From contig CAXHMA010000001.1 in the NCBI GenBank assembly GCA_964017825.1, positions 83,928 through 147,927 on the forward strand: a stretch of DNA of 64,000 nt, in the 5' to 3' direction. Positions 19,460 through 29,406 of this stretch are shown here, in pieces. This DNA is from an uncultured Alphaproteobacteria bacterium. GTDB lineage: Bacteria > Pseudomonadota > Alphaproteobacteria > RF32 > CAG-239. The position numbers and the translations under genes were made by a program. The notes beneath the pieces are model-generated. The model did not search any database. It worked only from the letters and a program-made list of their open reading frames with translations, and was not told the origin of the DNA. The first letter of the stretch is position 1. Every line of letters begins with the position of its first letter.

Positions 19460-21180
19460 TTAATAAAGATAGCGGTGAAGCTTGCTTTTCTGAACCAAAC
19501 CGTCCGAAAACCGGATAATAATGTCTTTTGTTCCCACAAAATAATACTTTCCCGCCGGAAAAACCGATAAAGTCTCAATTGCATTGTAAACGGCGGAAAC
19601 ATCTGCCGGAATTTCATACAATTTCTCACTTTCGGCATTTCTTTGCGCTGCCGACAAATGCTCGTTGTTGTTAATGTATATCATCCCGCCGGCATAGTAA
19701 TTGGCATCGCCCGCCACCGGATTCATTGCTTCTGTCAAAAAAAAGCCGTGCGAGAAAAATATCGGCAGGTAGAAAGGGTAATATCCGTATTCCCTGACAT
19801 AGTCCGTATATTCGGGAATAAATTTATTTTCGGCAAATTTCGCCTGCCCGTAAAGGTTTCCGACAACCGCCATTCTGTAACGCTGCCCGCGGGTGATTTC
19901 CGGCAGTACGTCTTTTTTAACCCGTTCCATAATTTTCGTGTCCTGCTGATTACCCAAATACCAGACTTTCTGCACCGCCAAGTCCGCCTGCACAAAATAA
20001 AACAGCAGCAGCAAAACCATAACACGGGCTGAATTGCGCACGCACAAACCGCCACGCAGTTCCGCAACGGCAAAAAACAATGCCGCAACATACGGAAAAG
20101 AAAAAGAATTTGTCCGATAATAATGAAAAACTTCTTTAACCGCAAACCATGAAGAAACACTCATGGCAAACCCTGTCCCCAAAATGGCAAAAACAAACCA
20201 CAACCGCTCTTTCCCGCTTCTCATCGCGGCAAAAGCCGACAGCAGCAAACCGCCCGCAAGCAAAGGACTGAAAGACGGACAATACGGCATCGGGGTAAAA
20301 AACGCCCGCCACGGTTCCGCAGCACGGGTCAGAATGCGCTTAAACACATCCTCTGCCGACAGCAGCTGAACATTATACATATCAAACACCAGCCCCTTTT
20401 GTTTCAAAAAAATTATCAGCGCGGCCAAACACAAAGCAGCAACCAAAACGGCAGCCGAAATCTTAAAATATAACATAAACAGCCGTTTCAAAGACATGTC
20501 CCTGTTTAAGACATCGAGCAAAAACCGTCCCGCCAAAACAGTCAGCACCAGCTGCAAAGACGGTGCATCTTAAAAACTATATCTTTTGCCCACCGCAAGC
20601 CGGGCCTTCCAACAATGAAAAAGGCAGTAAATAACATTAAGACTACATAGACCAGCGCAAAATAGGCGAAACAAACTTATGTCACGTTTACACACTCGAC
20701 AATCTCCGACGTATTGACCGGCTTATTTTTCTGAAACCCGTCATATAATAAAACTACCCCGGAAACCGCGAGCAAATGCCAACACCCGATAGACAGTATC
20801 GTATATGTATAATAGATTTGTGAAACAATATGCGGATTTAAAACAATCAGCAACGCAAATAACAGACCGCCTTTTTTATGTTCACCCCATCCGTACCATT
20901 TTGCCGTCAAAACCGCGGCGGCGGCGTAAAATGCAAAAGCCGAAAGCATATTGATAACCGGCAGAATTTGATTGCCGCTTACAAGCCACGGAAACAAAAA
21001 CTGCGTCAGACGCCCTTCCCAGACGCCCGAATTCAAAGACATACCGTAACGCAGATACAAATAATCATGATTGCCTGAAAAGAACGTAACAATGCAAAAA
21101 GAAAAAACCGCAGCTATGGCGCCCCATACCTGAAAAAAGGTTTTTAACCAAAAATAATGCTGCTTCAAAAAGTGTATCAT
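19460..21180 (-). pseudogene. Disrupted paralog of 17754..19367: N-terminal fragment ORF 20677..21180 and C-terminal fragment ORF 19460..20557 in different frames.
   Basis: 167-aa ORF matches residues ~1-150 and 365-aa ORF matches ~200-537 of the full-length paralog; frames differ, ~120-bp gap. Confidence 0.45.
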
Positions 21181-21300
21181 TGCGGTTCATACCATATCAT
21201 TAATGTTTTAATTTAACAGGAATTTTTAATCCGTCAAAACAAGTGCATTTCCTGTCCCCAGCTTTTAAAACCAAAGGATGAAAAGCCATATATTTTTTTA

Positions 21301-21660
21301 TTGCAATTTGGAAAAATTTATTCTATACAGAATATGAATATGAGCTTGCTCATTATTCGCAGACGTTGAACGTCTGACTCGGGGCAGCAACCCCTAACAG
21401 CCGCGGTGTGTGGATATGCACCGTTAACTATATGATATAAAACAAAACAGGCTCAAAGCTTTTTGATGTTTTGTATTAACCCGTGTTAAAAAACTTTGGC
21501 AGAAACTGTTGAAGTTTCTACACACCGTTATCATATCCCCGATATGCCGTAAATTTTTATGGCCGGGGTAGTTCCGAATAAGTTTTATCAAATAAGGAAC
21601 GGCATTACGGTTGTTATGCTTGCTGTGCCCCGGCCGCTTCATTGAAGCGGTCTTTTTGTT
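21301..21660 (+). ncRNA. Candidate structured leader or sRNA: promoter-like TTGCAA-17-TATACA, multiple hairpins, intrinsic terminator at 21633..21660.
   Basis: No convincing ORF; six local hairpins plus long-range GGCCGGGG/CCCCGGCC pairing; GCCGCTTCATTGAAGCGG+TCTTTTT terminator 27 nt before lipoprotein ATG. Confidence 0.35.
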
Positions 21661-21686
21661 GTAATATACAATATGGGACTGTATTT

Positions 21687-22217
21687 ATGTATAAAATTAT
21701 TTTAGCGTTAATCATAACATCGACACTGCTGCTTGCCTGCACCTCTCTGACATTTCATGAACAGCAGGAACTTTCCGAATTACAGTATAAAGGCATCAGC
21801 ATAGACCGCGGCCCCCGCGGCTGGCAAAAACCCGCAAACCCGCCTGTCGCCGGAATGCTGAACATTCTCCCCGGCTTCGGCAATTTTTACCTTGCCAACG
21901 GCAATGCTTCCGAATCTTCGCACTGGATTTACGGCGTGCTTAACCTGCTGACCTGGCCGTTATCCATTATCTGGGGTGTTCCGGAAGCAACCATTGATGC
22001 GGACAATATCAACAAACGCGATATGTTAAATTACCTCAAATACGGCAACGGCTCCGGCACAAGGTTTAATAATCTTGAAAACATCAGTAATACGCCAAGC
22101 TATCGCACGCCGGGTTATAATCAGGATTATTCACGCCCTCAGCCCTACCGCCGGCCGTATCAACAAGCACCGCGCCGTCAGCAATATTATGATACATATC
22201 CGTCATACGGATATTAG
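21687..22217 (+). CDS. Lipoprotein with Tyr/Pro/Gln/Arg-rich low-complexity C-terminus.
   Basis: MYKIILALIITSTLLLAC lipobox; C-terminal YRTPGYNQDYSRPQPYRRPYQQ repeats. Confidence 0.55.
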   Translation: MYKIILALIITSTLLLACTSLTFHEQQELSELQYKGISIDRGPRGWQKPANPPVAGMLNILPGFGNFYLANGNASESSHWIYGVLNLLTWPLSIIWGVPEATIDADNINKRDMLNYLKYGNGSGTRFNNLENISNTPSYRTPGYNQDYSRPQPYRRPYQQAPRRQQYYDTYPSYGY

Positions 22218-22248
22218 ACCATAAAACCGCCGTTTTCGAACATCTATA

Positions 22249-22276
22249 AAGGGAGTTTATACAGCTCCCTTTTTTT
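22249..22276. terminator. Bidirectional intrinsic terminator.
   Basis: AAGGGAGTTTATACAGCTCCCTTTTTTT. Confidence 0.6.
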
Positions 22277-22295
22277 AGCCCCCTTAAAACAGAAA

Positions 22296-22505
22296 ATCGC
22301 CCCGTTACAGGAGCGATTTTGCCCACCCTTAAAGGAGAGAAATTTTGCGAGTGAGACCAATCAGACTCACTCATTAAAAATTAAAGGAGGGAAATTTTGC
22401 GAAATAATCGCAGATGTCCTGCCCTAAAGCGCAGCGTACATAGAGGTACGAGAGCATTTAGGGACAGGCCTCCATCTGCGAATTAGTTCACAACAATTTA
22501 CCCCT
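22296..22505 (+). repeat. Rep1 copy B (with duplicated head modules) abutting adhE stop codon.
   Basis: GGAGAGAAATTTTGCGAGTGAG, GGAGGGAAATTTTGCGAAATAATCGCAGATGTCCTG, core GCGTACATAGAGGTAC, tail CCTCCATCTGCGAATTAGTTCACAA. Confidence 0.75.
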
Positions 22506-25139
22506 TTAAAAGGCGGTGTCGGTATCCCCAACCCATGCCAACTCATACATCTTGCGGATTTCTTCAATCAGCGGATAACGCGGGTTGGAACCGGTGCACT
22601 GGTCGTCAAACGCCAATGTCGGCAGCGTTTCCATAGCTTTCTTGAAGTCTTCCTCGGTGTATTCGTTGCGGATGGCAAACCATTCTTTGATAGACCCCGG
22701 GATGCCGATTTTCGTCTTCAGCTCTTTAATTGCCTCTACTAACGCATTAACTTTGTCGTCATCGGTCTTGCCCTTAAAGCCCATCGCAGCCGCAAATTCG
22801 GCATAAGCCGCTTTGGCGTGCGGGAACTTATATTGCGGGAAAGCACACTGCTTCGTCGGCTTGTCGGTTGCATTATAACGGATAACCTGACAAATTAACA
22901 ATGCATTGGCTACACCGTGCGGAATGTTAAAGTGCGAACCGAGTTTGTGCGCCATCGAATGGCAAACGCCCAAGAAAGCATTCGCAAATGCCATACCGGC
23001 AAGCGTTGCCGCCGCGTGAACTTTTTCGCGGGCGTATGCGTCCGCCGTCGCATAAGACTGCGGCAGATAGTCAAATACCAGCTTGCCCGCTTCCAAAGAC
23101 AATCCGCGCGTATATTCGGTCGCCATGGAAGATACATAAGATTCAAGCGCGTGCGTCAGAATATCAATACCCGAAGCCGAGCAGAGACCTTTCGGCATGG
23201 TCAGCACCAAATCACTGTCTACAATAGCCATGGAAGGTGTCAGCGCATAGTCGGCAATCGCATATTTCACGCCCTCACCGTCGTCGGTGATAATGGAGAA
23301 CGGCGTTACCTCAGAACCCGTACCCGATGTCGTCGGAATAGCAACGAGCATAGCCTTCTCGCCAAGCGGCGGAAATTCAAAAATACGTTTGCGGATGTCC
23401 ATAAAGCGCATGGCCAAATCTTCAAACTTCAATTCCGGATGTTCATACATCAGCCACAGAATTTTGGACGCGTCAATCGGCGACCCACCGCCCAAGGCGA
23501 TAATCACATCGGGCTCAAACGAACGCAGCGTCTCAATTGCTTTGTTGACGGTCGTCAAGTCAGGATCGGGATGAACATCGGAGAAGACTTTATACTGCAC
23601 GCCGATTTGTTCCAGCACATCGGTCACCTTACGCGTCATACCCAGGTCAAACAACGGCTTGTCGGTTACGATAAACGCTTTCTTTTTGCCTTTGAGTTCT
23701 TTCAAAGCCACACCCAAAGAACCGGGTTTGAAATAGATTTTCGGAGGAACTCTGAACCATAACATATTTTCCTCGCGCTTAGCCACACTTTTAATATTCA
23801 TCAGATGTTTTACTCCTACATTTTCACTAACCGAGTTGCCGCCCCACGAACCGCAGCCCAAAGTCAGAGACGGTTCCAGACGGAAGTTGTAAATATCGCC
23901 GATAGCACCCTGCGATGCCGGACAGTTAATCATCACACGCCCCGTAATCATGAGGTGCCCGTAATATTTAATGCGGTCGTCATTCATCGGGTTGGTGTAA
24001 AGGACGGACGTATGTCCTCTGCCGCCATGCGATACCAGAGACTTCGCCAAATCAGCACCGCTCTTGAAATCATCGGCTTTATACAGCGCCAATACCGGAG
24101 ATAATTTTTCCGCCGAAAACGGTTCTTCCGCCCCGACTTTTGTGCATTCGGCAATCAAAACTTTTGTCTCAGCGGGAACGGAAATTTTTGCCATTTCGGC
24201 AATCCTGTGCGCCGGCTGTCCGACGATTGCGGCGTTCAAATGCCCGTCAATCATAATCACTTTGCCGAGTTTTTCTTTTTCTTTGGCATTCAGGATATAG
24301 GCGCCGCGTTTGATAAATTCTGCCTTAACCGCGTCATATACGTCTTTGACGGCCGTTACCGACTGCTCGGAAGCGCAAATCATGCCGTTATCAAAAGTTT
24401 TGGACATCAAAATGGAAGAAACCGCCATTTCAATATCCGCCGTTTCGTCAATCAGCGCCGGCGTATTGCCCGCGCCCACGCCCAAAGCAGGCTTACCTGA
24501 GCTGTATGCCGATTTCACCATCCCCGGACCACCGGTTGCCAAGATAATATCAACATCAGGATGTTGCATCAAATATTGCGTACGCAAAATAGACGGCTCG
24601 TCAATCCAGCCGATAATGTCTTCCGGTGCACCGGCCTTCACCGCTTCTTCCAAAATCAAACGCGCCGTTTCCACAGTGCATTTCTTGGCGCGCGGGTGCG
24701 GCGAAAAGATAATGCCGTTGCGGGTCTTCAACGCAATCAAAGACTTGAAAATCGCCGTGGATGTCGGATTCGTCGTCGGAATAACGCCGGCAATCACCCC
24801 CAGCGGTTCCGCAATCTTAATCAGCCCGTTGGCTTTGTCTTCTTCCAACACGCCGCAAGTCTTCACGCATTTGAATTTGTTATAGATATATTCAGACGCA
24901 AAATGGTTTTTAATCACCTTGTCTTCCACCACGCCCATGCCGGTTTCCTCAACCGCCATTTTCGCCAGCGGAATTCTGAGAGAGCTTAATTTCAAAGCCA
25001 CTCTGCGAAAGATATGGTCAACCTGCTCTTCCGAATATTCCGCAAACTTTTTTTGCGCCGCGGCCACTTTTTTAACCAGCGCGTCAATATATGCCTTTTC
25101 CTGTTCCTCGGTTACCTGAACCTGATTTTCTTTTGCCAT
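22506..25139 (-). CDS. adhE: Bifunctional acetaldehyde-CoA/alcohol dehydrogenase.
   Basis: 877 aa; N-terminal ALDH domain (catalytic Cys region MICASEQS), C-terminal Fe-ADH domain (GGGSPxD, His-rich metal site). Confidence 0.95.
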   Translation of the reverse strand: MAKENQVQVTEEQEKAYIDALVKKVAAAQKKFAEYSEEQVDHIFRRVALKLSSLRIPLAKMAVEETGMGVVEDKVIKNHFASEYIYNKFKCVKTCGVLEEDKANGLIKIAEPLGVIAGVIPTTNPTSTAIFKSLIALKTRNGIIFSPHPRAKKCTVETARLILEEAVKAGAPEDIIGWIDEPSILRTQYLMQHPDVDIILATGGPGMVKSAYSSGKPALGVGAGNTPALIDETADIEMAVSSILMSKTFDNGMICASEQSVTAVKDVYDAVKAEFIKRGAYILNAKEKEKLGKVIMIDGHLNAAIVGQPAHRIAEMAKISVPAETKVLIAECTKVGAEEPFSAEKLSPVLALYKADDFKSGADLAKSLVSHGGRGHTSVLYTNPMNDDRIKYYGHLMITGRVMINCPASQGAIGDIYNFRLEPSLTLGCGSWGGNSVSENVGVKHLMNIKSVAKREENMLWFRVPPKIYFKPGSLGVALKELKGKKKAFIVTDKPLFDLGMTRKVTDVLEQIGVQYKVFSDVHPDPDLTTVNKAIETLRSFEPDVIIALGGGSPIDASKILWLMYEHPELKFEDLAMRFMDIRKRIFEFPPLGEKAMLVAIPTTSGTGSEVTPFSIITDDGEGVKYAIADYALTPSMAIVDSDLVLTMPKGLCSASGIDILTHALESYVSSMATEYTRGLSLEAGKLVFDYLPQSYATADAYAREKVHAAATLAGMAFANAFLGVCHSMAHKLGSHFNIPHGVANALLICQVIRYNATDKPTKQCAFPQYKFPHAKAAYAEFAAAMGFKGKTDDDKVNALVEAIKELKTKIGIPGSIKEWFAIRNEYTEEDFKKAMETLPTLAFDDQCTGSNPRYPLIEEIRKMYELAWVGDTDTAF

Positions 25140-25254
25140 AGCTGATATTACTCCTTAAATTAACCACTATTGCCAGCATAGTAGCATTTAAAAAATTAAC
25201 AAGACGTTTAAACCCGCCGTCCCGACACAAAATATTTCCGATTGTGACGAATGT

Positions 25255-25329
25255 TTATATTTTAAAATCAAGGGCATGGAAAATTGCATCCCGGCCAATC
25301 AACAAAACGATAAGGCATAATTTTTTCAT
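25255..25329 (-). pseudogene. Remnant 5' cassette (24 aa: MKKLCLIVLLIGRD...) of the secreted-paralog family, ATGA-overlapping the stop of 25326..26087.
   Basis: Nucleotide string AAGGCATAATTTTTTCAT identical to the starts of three upstream paralogs. Confidence 0.4.
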
Positions 25330-26087
25330 GGTTCCCTGTTTTCTCCGTATTTGGCCGCCGCTTCGTTTAAAAGGGTGTCTGCGGCATGTTCCAGCAACAC
25401 ATTGGTTTTGAATTTGACTGTATATTCTCTAAGCTGATATTCCGGATTCAGATATGAATAATACTTTTTTGTTTCATCTGCCATTCTGACGAAAGCTTCT
25501 GTTACCTCTGCTGCTTTATCAGGGTAAAATTGCGTTGCGGCCGTATCAATAATTTCATAAACACACCGCTCGTAACCATCGGCATATGCTCTTTCCGCCA
25601 CATGAATTGCCTTGATGTTGCCGTCATCATCTTTCAGTTCCGAACGATAGGGGACAAAATCGCCGCACTGTTCCAATTTTTGCCGCAGTGCATTAACTGC
25701 TTCTATTCCATATGGATGTTCGGCATCTAAATATTCTTTGACTTCGGTTCGCGAAAAATCAGCACATTGAACAATGTAACCAAGATTTCGGTATATTTCA
25801 GCCTTGTCAGTCGGTATGTAAATATAAGCGATATCCGTCTCCAAGCCGTTAATATATATGAGCCTTTCCTGTATTTTATCATCGGCAATCGCCTTGACCG
25901 AAGCCGGCGCTATTTTACGCGCTTTGTTATCGCCCTGACACGTCGGACAATAATGTATCACCTCTTTGGCATTCTGTAACAGTTTGACGGCGTTTTCAGC
26001 AATGTCTGCCGTATTGTAAACGCAGATATCGGCATGCGCCGTTATCGCAGCCAAACACAGCAAAACAATAAGGCATAATTTTTTCAT
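25326..26087 (-). CDS. Secreted Cys-containing hypothetical protein (253 aa) sharing only its signal peptide with neighbours.
   Basis: Signal peptide MKKLCLIVLLCLAAITAHA; ATG start. Confidence 0.6.
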   Translation of the reverse strand: MKKLCLIVLLCLAAITAHADICVYNTADIAENAVKLLQNAKEVIHYCPTCQGDNKARKIAPASVKAIADDKIQERLIYINGLETDIAYIYIPTDKAEIYRNLGYIVQCADFSRTEVKEYLDAEHPYGIEAVNALRQKLEQCGDFVPYRSELKDDDGNIKAIHVAERAYADGYERCVYEIIDTAATQFYPDKAAEVTEAFVRMADETKKYYSYLNPEYQLREYTVKFKTNVLLEHAADTLLNEAAAKYGENREP

Positions 26088-26090
26088 GAT

Positions 26091-27014
26091 TTACTCCTCA
26101 TTTAAATCACATTTGAGGCGGTTTTGTTTTTCAAAACAATCTTTATGTACGAGATATAAATCTTTTTTATTGAAATAGTCTATATAAAGAGCATAAAAAT
26201 CATTCGGGTTAAAAGTTATTTGATGAATCAATTTGTTACGGCGGTCTAAATTAAATTCAGTATAAGGCTTTCCGTCTTTGCCGATAATCACAGAACCGTC
26301 AGCTTTAAATTCAAACGAAGCCCTGCCGCATGTAAGCTTAGGATTATCTTTCAGCCGATAATAATTCTCCGGCAATGTGCTTCCTTCCTCATATGAATGC
26401 AGTTCAATAAATCCTTTCCCTAAATCCTCATAGCAGTTTAGTTCAACGACGTTAAACTCGGGAAAGACAACCTTATCTTCATCAGCCAATATCAGTTCGT
26501 AACTGGTTTCCTCCGGTATATCCGGCATTTTATAATCATAACGGCAGTAGCTTCGGTCAGCCCCTTCATAAGCGCATCCGCGCACAAAAATTTTGCCGTC
26601 TTTTATGCCGACGGAATCATATATGCCGTCAGCTTCTCGACCGAACGGGAATAAATTGCCTAAGTATTTTTTCCCTGCATACAGCTGTACGGCCAATTTA
26701 TAGCTATATGGATATGACTGCATAAACACTGGTGTAAATTTCATTTTATATTCAACACCGTCAATAACGCAGCTTTCTTCGCGCGGTATTGGTTTTGTTT
26801 GAGTTGTTGTGACGTTATATTCGTATAATCCGTGTTTTTGTGCTCTCTGTGCCCAATCCTTATCTTCCGGTTCGGCAAAAAAATCTTTCATATCCGTACG
26901 GAATTCTTTTACATTTGGCAGACAGCTTGTTTTGTATGTATATTCATAATAACTTGTCGCATGTGCCGTTATCGCAACCAGACACAGCAATATTAAAAGG
27001 CATAATTTTTTCAT
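26091..27014 (-). CDS. Secreted Cys-rich hypothetical protein, tandem paralog A (307 aa).
   Basis: ~70% aa identity to 27014..27949; signal peptide MKKLCLLILLCLVAITAHA; start ATG overlaps upstream stop (TGATG). Confidence 0.65.
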   Translation of the reverse strand: MKKLCLLILLCLVAITAHATSYYEYTYKTSCLPNVKEFRTDMKDFFAEPEDKDWAQRAQKHGLYEYNVTTTQTKPIPREESCVIDGVEYKMKFTPVFMQSYPYSYKLAVQLYAGKKYLGNLFPFGREADGIYDSVGIKDGKIFVRGCAYEGADRSYCRYDYKMPDIPEETSYELILADEDKVVFPEFNVVELNCYEDLGKGFIELHSYEEGSTLPENYYRLKDNPKLTCGRASFEFKADGSVIIGKDGKPYTEFNLDRRNKLIHQITFNPNDFYALYIDYFNKKDLYLVHKDCFEKQNRLKCDLNEE

Positions 27015-27949
27015 CAATTTATCTCCTTAAACATATTGCAGCCGGAGCATTCTTCCTTTTCAGAGCAAAATCTGCTGTTCGAATACAGTTCCTTTTTATC
27101 AAAATATTTTATATAAAAACCCGCAAGCAAACTCGCATCAAAAGCTATTTGATAAATCTGTTTGTTACAGAGTGCCGGATTAAAGTCAGCATACGTTTTT
27201 TCATCTTTGCTGACGATGACCGAACCGTCAGCTTTAAATTTTATGGAAGCCCTGCCGCATGTAAGCTTAGGATTATCTTTCAATCGATAATAATTTTCCG
27301 GCAACTCGCTTTCTTCCTTATAAGAACGCAGCTCAACAAATCCTTTTTCCAAGTCTTCATAGCAGTTCAATTCAACGATGTTAAATTCCGGAAAGACAAC
27401 CTTGTTTTTATCAGCCAATATCAATTCATAACTGGTTTCTTCAGGCATATCCAACTCTTTATAATCATAAAGGCAATAACTTATATTGGTTGCCTCGTAA
27501 ATACAACCTCGCACAAAAATTTTGCCGTCTTTTATGCCGACGGAATCGTAGCCGTCATCATAATCCGCACCAAACGGAAAAAGGATGCCCCTATATTTTT
27601 TTCCGGCGTAAAGCTGCACAGCCGTCTCATGACGGCCATAATATTCCCGAACAAGTATAGGAATAAATTTCATTCTATATTCAACACCGTCTATGGTGCA
27701 GCTTTCTTCCCTCGGCAGCGGCTTTTCTTCATATGTATCCACATTGAGCCTGTATAATCCGTGTTTTTCAGCTTTTTGTAACCAATCTGCATCATCCCGA
27801 ACATCAAAAAAAACTTTTCTGTCTGCACGGAATTCTTTTACATTCGGCAAACAGCTTGTTTTATATGTATATTCATAATAACTTGTCGCATGTGCCTTTT
27901 TGGCAAACGCAGCCAAACACAGCAATATTAAAAGGCATAATTTTTTCAT
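27014..27949 (-). CDS. Secreted Cys-rich hypothetical protein, tandem paralog B (311 aa).
   Basis: Paralog of 26091..27014; same signal-peptide cassette. Confidence 0.65.
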   Translation of the reverse strand: MKKLCLLILLCLAAFAKKAHATSYYEYTYKTSCLPNVKEFRADRKVFFDVRDDADWLQKAEKHGLYRLNVDTYEEKPLPREESCTIDGVEYRMKFIPILVREYYGRHETAVQLYAGKKYRGILFPFGADYDDGYDSVGIKDGKIFVRGCIYEATNISYCLYDYKELDMPEETSYELILADKNKVVFPEFNIVELNCYEDLEKGFVELRSYKEESELPENYYRLKDNPKLTCGRASIKFKADGSVIVSKDEKTYADFNPALCNKQIYQIAFDASLLAGFYIKYFDKKELYSNSRFCSEKEECSGCNMFKEIN

Positions 27950-27952
27950 GAT

Positions 27953-28687
27953 TTACTCTTGTTCTAAATTAAAAACTTTTGCCGTTTCGTTCATGTACCA
28001 TGCAACCACTTTTTTAATTTCAGTATAACGGAATGCGGCAATATAATCCTCAACGACGGTGCCGTTGTCATAATTTTCCGTCGGGGTATATATATCCCGC
28101 AGCAGAGTTTCATATGCAGTCAAATAATTATCAAAATTTTTTTTATATTTATCTGCGTTATCGAGATGGCAGTTTTTAAACAATGAAGACAGTGTTTGCA
28201 AATAACATTCTTCCGCTTCTGTAAGATTACTGTTTTGTACATTGCCGTATAGTTCTTCGCATTGCTGATATCGTTTCTGCGTCTGCATAAATTTATCACG
28301 CATGGAAATATATATTTTATCAGAACCTATTTCTTTCAAAAGACGATTATCATCCGTTTTGCAACCGATTATCAGTCCTAAATTTTGATATGTTCCGGAT
28401 ATTTCAGAATAAACAAAGAAATCCGTTGCCGCATAACTGTTGTCTTTTATGCTGAAACGTCCGAACTCCAAACTGTTTTCATCTGTTGTGAAATCAATAT
28501 CGGCAAAAGAAATCTCCTGCGGTTTAGTGTTTTCAAACAGCAGAATTTCTTTTGCGGATGATAAAACATTTTCTGCTTTTTCCATTTCCTCAACGCTGAG
28601 GGCATCGCATCCGCAATAATCAGCCCGAGCCATGTATATAGGAAACAGCATTAAAACAGAGATAAAGATTAAAATTTTATTTTTCAT
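27953..28687 (-). CDS. Secreted Cys-containing hypothetical protein (244 aa).
   Basis: Signal peptide MKNKILIFISVLMLFPIYMARA; operonic with neighbours. Confidence 0.55.
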   Translation of the reverse strand: MKNKILIFISVLMLFPIYMARADYCGCDALSVEEMEKAENVLSSAKEILLFENTKPQEISFADIDFTTDENSLEFGRFSIKDNSYAATDFFVYSEISGTYQNLGLIIGCKTDDNRLLKEIGSDKIYISMRDKFMQTQKRYQQCEELYGNVQNSNLTEAEECYLQTLSSLFKNCHLDNADKYKKNFDNYLTAYETLLRDIYTPTENYDNGTVVEDYIAAFRYTEIKKVVAWYMNETAKVFNLEQE

Positions 28688-28776
28688 TTTCGCGCCCCGG
28701 ATAAATATTCCTCTTTAAGTTTTCCGAACATTTGTTCAAATTTCTCAGCACCATAATATTGCTGTTTTACCCTGCT

Positions 28777-29406
28777 TTATAAAGCAAAATCTGTGCAGTT
28801 TTTAAAATCTTCCATTGTTCCCAATGCGGCGTTTTCATAACCGTTATATGTGTAACAGTGGATTTTGTCTTTTGTTTCACGGGTACAATTTAAAGGCAAA
28901 ACTCCTTGCCGTTTAGCGCCATTCTTGTCAAAATATTCCGCAATGCAGCGGCAATCATGACACTTTTGCAAGTCTATCCGGCTGTATATTTCTGAACCTT
29001 TACATGATTTGGATATATAAACATTGTTACTTGCCGAGAAAATAAGTTCGTCATTACCGCCAATGTAACATGACGCTTTATCAAAATTATCTTTATTATT
29101 TTCCTCGCAAAAGAAAGAAACGGTTTCCTGCGCGTGGTTGGCAGTATCCTTAACAGTGCCGGAACAGCCGTGTGAGCCGCAATCCGCAAAACGAAAAGGC
29201 TCTGCCTTGTCAATCCACAGAGGGACTTCAATTTGATATGTGTCTTTTGACCCCCGATATATATATTCAACACTATCCTCATCTTCGGCAAGTAACTCAC
29301 CTTTGCTGACGGCAAATTCACCGCACGGCCAATCTTGCGGAAGAGCATTTACTGTATAACAAAACAATATACTACATACAAAAATCATATAACCTTTTTT
29401 CAACAT
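28777..29406 (-). CDS. Secreted Cys-rich small protein (209 aa), candidate cognate immunity-like partner of upstream SLT protein.
   Basis: Signal peptide; 14 Cys; 5' end overlaps 3' end of SLT-domain gene by 35 nt. Confidence 0.55.
   Translation of the reverse strand: MLKKGYMIFVCSILFCYTVNALPQDWPCGEFAVSKGELLAEDEDSVEYIYRGSKDTYQIEVPLWIDKAEPFRFADCGSHGCSGTVKDTANHAQETVSFFCEENNKDNFDKASCYIGGNDELIFSASNNVYISKSCKGSEIYSRIDLQKCHDCRCIAEYFDKNGAKRQGVLPLNCTRETKDKIHCYTYNGYENAALGTMEDFKNCTDFAL

Noticed and set aside
22917-23762. 281-aa ORF antisense within adhE (and similar antisense ORFs 23287..23574, 24310..24885, 24561..24989)
   Set aside because: Fully embedded opposite a confidently identified gene. Arg/His-rich composition is typical of antisense noise.
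26840-27757. 305-aa + strand ORF spanning the secreted-paralog array
   Set aside because: Antisense to two paralogous genes with clear signal peptides and coupled junctions; Ile/Phe-rich low-complexity translation.
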